A DNA stretch of 64,000 bases, from contig JBGAJQ010000017.1 of assembly GCA_044224875.1 (NCBI GenBank), positions 16,059-80,058 of the forward strand. Reading direction: 5' to 3'. Positions 61,379 through 64,000 of the stretch are shown one piece after another (positions within the stretch are counted from its first letter, which is position 1; each line of letters begins with the position of its first letter). The DNA is from Gemmatimonadaceae bacterium. GTDB taxonomy: Bacteria; Gemmatimonadota; Gemmatimonadetes; Gemmatimonadales; Gemmatimonadaceae. Under the pieces are notes generated by a model, which did no database searches, had not been told where the DNA came from, and saw nothing but the letters and a program-made list of their open reading frames with translations. The translations under genes and the position numbers were made by a program.

Positions 61379-61843
61379 ATGCCCAGCCTCTACGTGGACA
61401 CGGACGAGCTACTCGCCGGCCCTTTTTACGCGTTCGGGCTCCTGTTGGTCTCCCTGCCCATGCTCGACTTTGGCACGAGTATCGTGCCGGTGCACCTGAC
61501 GAACCTGCAGTGGCGATTCGCCACCATCGGCCTCCTCTCCAATTTCCTCATGACGCCAATGATGGGGATCTCGCTGATGGTGGCAGTGGCGGCCGTGCGC
61601 GGACACCGTGGAGTGCAGCGAATGATCGCCATCGTCAACTCATTCCTGGTACTCCTGCTCATTGCCCTGCTCGCGTTGTTTGCGTTGGATGCCATCCAGC
61701 TGAACGCCTCCGTCCCGGGTGAACAGGCGGCGGAATTCCACAGCGCGGCTTACAAGGCGCTGATCAAGCACATAGCGGGGCTCATTGTGCTGGCATTGCT
61801 GGCGGTCGCTGGGTGGCGCGTCTCTTCGCAGCGAGCCGGTTGA
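61379..61843 (+). CDS. Hypothetical four-TM membrane protein
   Basis: Four hydrophobic segments and a QWRF..IGL motif. Confidence 0.7.
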   Translation: MPSLYVDTDELLAGPFYAFGLLLVSLPMLDFGTSIVPVHLTNLQWRFATIGLLSNFLMTPMMGISLMVAVAAVRGHRGVQRMIAIVNSFLVLLLIALLALFALDAIQLNASVPGEQAAEFHSAAYKALIKHIAGLIVLALLAVAGWRVSSQRAG

Positions 61844-61968
61844 GCAACGCCTCGCTGCGTCATGCCACACGGTCGAGTGCATTCGAGGTGTATCGTTACA
61901 GGGTCCGCGCCCAACGGCGGGCGCCGGCAATGCATCTGTGAATCGTCGCCCTCACTCCATCTTCACCG

Positions 61969-62751
61969 ATGAGTCCTGTTGACCTCGTCCTGCGCGAGCA
62001 GCGCGGCCGCGTCTTACTTCTTACGATCAATCGGCCCGACAAGCGCAACGCCTTGAATGCCGCAGTACGCGCCGCACTCCTGCAATCCCTCGACGACGCA
62101 GCCACCGACCGCAGCGTCGGGGCAATCGTCTTGACGGGGGCCGGAGACAAGACCTTCGTCGCCGGTGCCGACATCGCCGAATTCACGGAGCGTAGGGTTG
62201 TTGAGCAGGGTCGCGTCATGTTGGCGCGATCGCCACTGGAGGCGATCGAACGACTCGCCAAACCAGTGATAGCAGCGATCAACGGCTATTGCCTGGGCGG
62301 TGGGTTGGAGCTGGCGATGGCCTGCGATCTACGCGTCGCCTCGGAGGGCGCTTCATTTGGCCAGCCCGAGGTCAACTTGGGACTCATTCCAGGGGGCGGC
62401 GGCACCCAGCGCCTGCCGCGGCTCGTCGGGCTCGGAGCGGCACTCAAGATGGTCCTCACCGGGGAGCCGATCGACGCCCATGAAGCCTTGCGCCTGGGAC
62501 TCGTTGAGGAGGTCGTGCCCGCTACTGACGTGCTGTCACGGGCCATCGCGATGGCGGAGCGAATAGCGTCGCGATCGCCCGTCGCCGTGGCAGCGGCCAA
62601 AGAGGCCACGCGGGCCGCGCTCGCCACTTCACTGGCGGAAGGTCTTCGCGTCGAGCGAGGCCTTTACCTCCTTTGTTTCGCCAGCAAGGACAAGGCAGAA
62701 GGTGTGGCGTCCTTTCTCGCCAAACGAGCACCGCAATTCGTTGGCGAATAG
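61969..62751 (+). CDS. Enoyl-CoA hydratase (crotonase)
   Basis: NRPDKRNAL, FVAGADI, LGGGLELAMACD and PEVNLGLIPGGGGTQRL. Confidence 0.93.
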   Translation: MSPVDLVLREQRGRVLLLTINRPDKRNALNAAVRAALLQSLDDAATDRSVGAIVLTGAGDKTFVAGADIAEFTERRVVEQGRVMLARSPLEAIERLAKPVIAAINGYCLGGGLELAMACDLRVASEGASFGQPEVNLGLIPGGGGTQRLPRLVGLGAALKMVLTGEPIDAHEALRLGLVEEVVPATDVLSRAIAMAERIASRSPVAVAAAKEATRAALATSLAEGLRVERGLYLLCFASKDKAEGVASFLAKRAPQFVGE

Positions 62752-62956
62752 CGTCTTGTGGGCTTTTCACCCCAGCATGGGGGTGGGATGATTCGGCCCA
62801 CCCGCGGGGCATTCATCGCCGTCGTCGCACGGTTCGTCCCGCCCCGCCTTGCCGCCATCCGGACCCATTATCATAGTTCGAGCAAGCCCCCCGGTTGCGA
62901 TGCCCGCACTGATCGCGTCAAAGGGGGTACCTGTCGCATCGCGATCCAGCGGCTGC

Positions 62957-63667
62957 ATGATCTTCAGGCGACTCATTTCGGGTGAATCCGGCATCCCTTG
63001 GTATCTCGCTATCGAGGGGACTGCGGTCAGTGTTGTCGCCCACACCGCCATCATCGGTGCATGGCTCCTGACGGGCCGCGGCAAAGTCGAGAGCGCGGAG
63101 CCGCCCGTATCGTATTCGATAGCCGAGTACCTGATCCCGAAGGACCGGCTCGCGGGTTCGCGTCCAAAGCAGGAGCATATCTCGTGGACTGCGCTGCCCC
63201 CCGCGCCACCAGGCGCCGGGCAGATCGCTGACCCGTTAGGCGACCGCGAGAAGCTCCAGTACGTCAAGCCAAAGGGTGAACAGGCCGACGAGGAGAAGGG
63301 AAACGAGGTTCCCGCGCCACAACCAGAAGTCCTCGGCGATTCTGTCCTAACGGAATTGCAGGTCGACTCCGTCGCCGCTCGCTACGAAGACTCCGCCGCG
63401 CCTCCTTACCCCGCGTCGCTGCTCCGGCGACATATCGAGGGAAGTGTGATGGTGCAGTATGTGGTGGACACGACCGGTCGCGCCGACACCGCGTCGTTCA
63501 AGGTGCTTGCCACGTCACATAAGGAGTTCGCACAGTCCGTTCGAACGACTTTGCCGCAGATGCGCTTTCACGCCGCCATCATGGGTGGCCGCCATGTGAA
63601 GCAGCTGGTGCAACAGGCCTTCAGCTTCCGCATCGTCGACTCCACGTCCGTCGCCAAGAAGCAGTAG
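62957..63667 (+). CDS. Energy transducer TonB-like protein
   Basis: N-terminal SVVAH TM motif, Pro-rich linker and PYP...EGSVMVQYVVDTTG TonB_C. Confidence 0.82.
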   Translation: MIFRRLISGESGIPWYLAIEGTAVSVVAHTAIIGAWLLTGRGKVESAEPPVSYSIAEYLIPKDRLAGSRPKQEHISWTALPPAPPGAGQIADPLGDREKLQYVKPKGEQADEEKGNEVPAPQPEVLGDSVLTELQVDSVAARYEDSAAPPYPASLLRRHIEGSVMVQYVVDTTGRADTASFKVLATSHKEFAQSVRTTLPQMRFHAAIMGGRHVKQLVQQAFSFRIVDSTSVAKKQ

Positions 63668-63675
63668 AGCGAGGG

Positions 63676-64000
63676 CTAGCGGTTCCCCTCGGTCACCAGT
63701 TGCCAGTAGGATGACCAGCCGCCCTTTCGGCGGCGCTCCGCGAAATCCGAGAGCGCCTGCACTAACTGCGTGCTGTAGTAGCCATCCTGCGCCCTTGGAT
63801 GCGGCTGGCCGCCCGAGCCCGCGCCGAAATACGAACGGATGATCACTCCGCGTCGATCGAGGGGGAGCGACACCACATTGTCTGCGAAGTTCGGAAAGGA
63901 ACCGTCGCGCCAGATGTACTGCTCGACGTTCGACGTGTAGATGGCCGTCACCTTCTCACCCGAACGGCGCAGGTCCTGCGCGATTGCCTTGAGCGCGATC
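63676..64000 (-). CDS. Hypothetical protein (5'-truncated by window edge)
   Basis: The frame is open to the window end (…VTAIYTSNVEQY…IIRSYF). Confidence 0.6.
   Translation of the reverse strand, partial: IALKAIAQDLRRSGEKVTAIYTSNVEQYIWRDGSFPNFADNVVSLPLDRRGVIIRSYFGAGSGGQPHPRAQDGYYSTQLVQALSDFAERRRKGGWSSYWQLVTEGNR

Larger units (their letters stand above)
1455..63352. repeat. Dispersed heptamer CGTTAGG/CCTAACG (37 copies found by eye)
   Basis: Exact matches on both strands across the window; positions are listed in findings. Confidence 0.85.

Noticed and set aside
1..64000. tRNA, rRNA, CRISPR arrays, transposases, integrases, prophage
   Set aside because: None recognised by eye; a tRNAscan/Infernal run would be needed to exclude small RNAs.

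Overview
This is a high-GC (roughly two-thirds G+C by eye), gene-dense bacterial chromosomal window. Gene content suggests Gemmatimonadota (inference only). In order it holds: a sugar ABC transporter with an F5/8-domain glycosidase and a GH1 beta-glucosidase; an orphan ABC permease, a DmpA peptidase, a cyclophilin and an omega-amino acid aminotransferase; sucB and lpdA; a class-V aminotransferase/serA/DUF1015 serine cluster; a secreted (alpha/alpha)6 glycosidase; a HmuY-like protein and TonB receptor next to a NarL-type two-component system; three HAF-repeat lipoprotein paralogues; an ECF sigma factor with a candidate anti-sigma; a PhaF-like protein; a GHMP kinase-ArgE-miniWYL-rnhA operon; a candidate toxin/immunity pair butted against an aerobic 2-aminobenzoyl-CoA (abm-type) catabolic operon; then MATE, crotonase and TonB genes. 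I recognised no rRNA, tRNA, CRISPR array or IS element. Several genes between about 26 and 39 kb are broken by indels or deletions, probably from consensus error. The strongest unexplained signal is a non-palindromic heptamer, CGTTAGG/CCTAACG. I counted it 37 times by eye, on both strands and in several reading frames; it forces rare codons and supplies many stop codons, much like HIP1 or a DNA uptake sequence.
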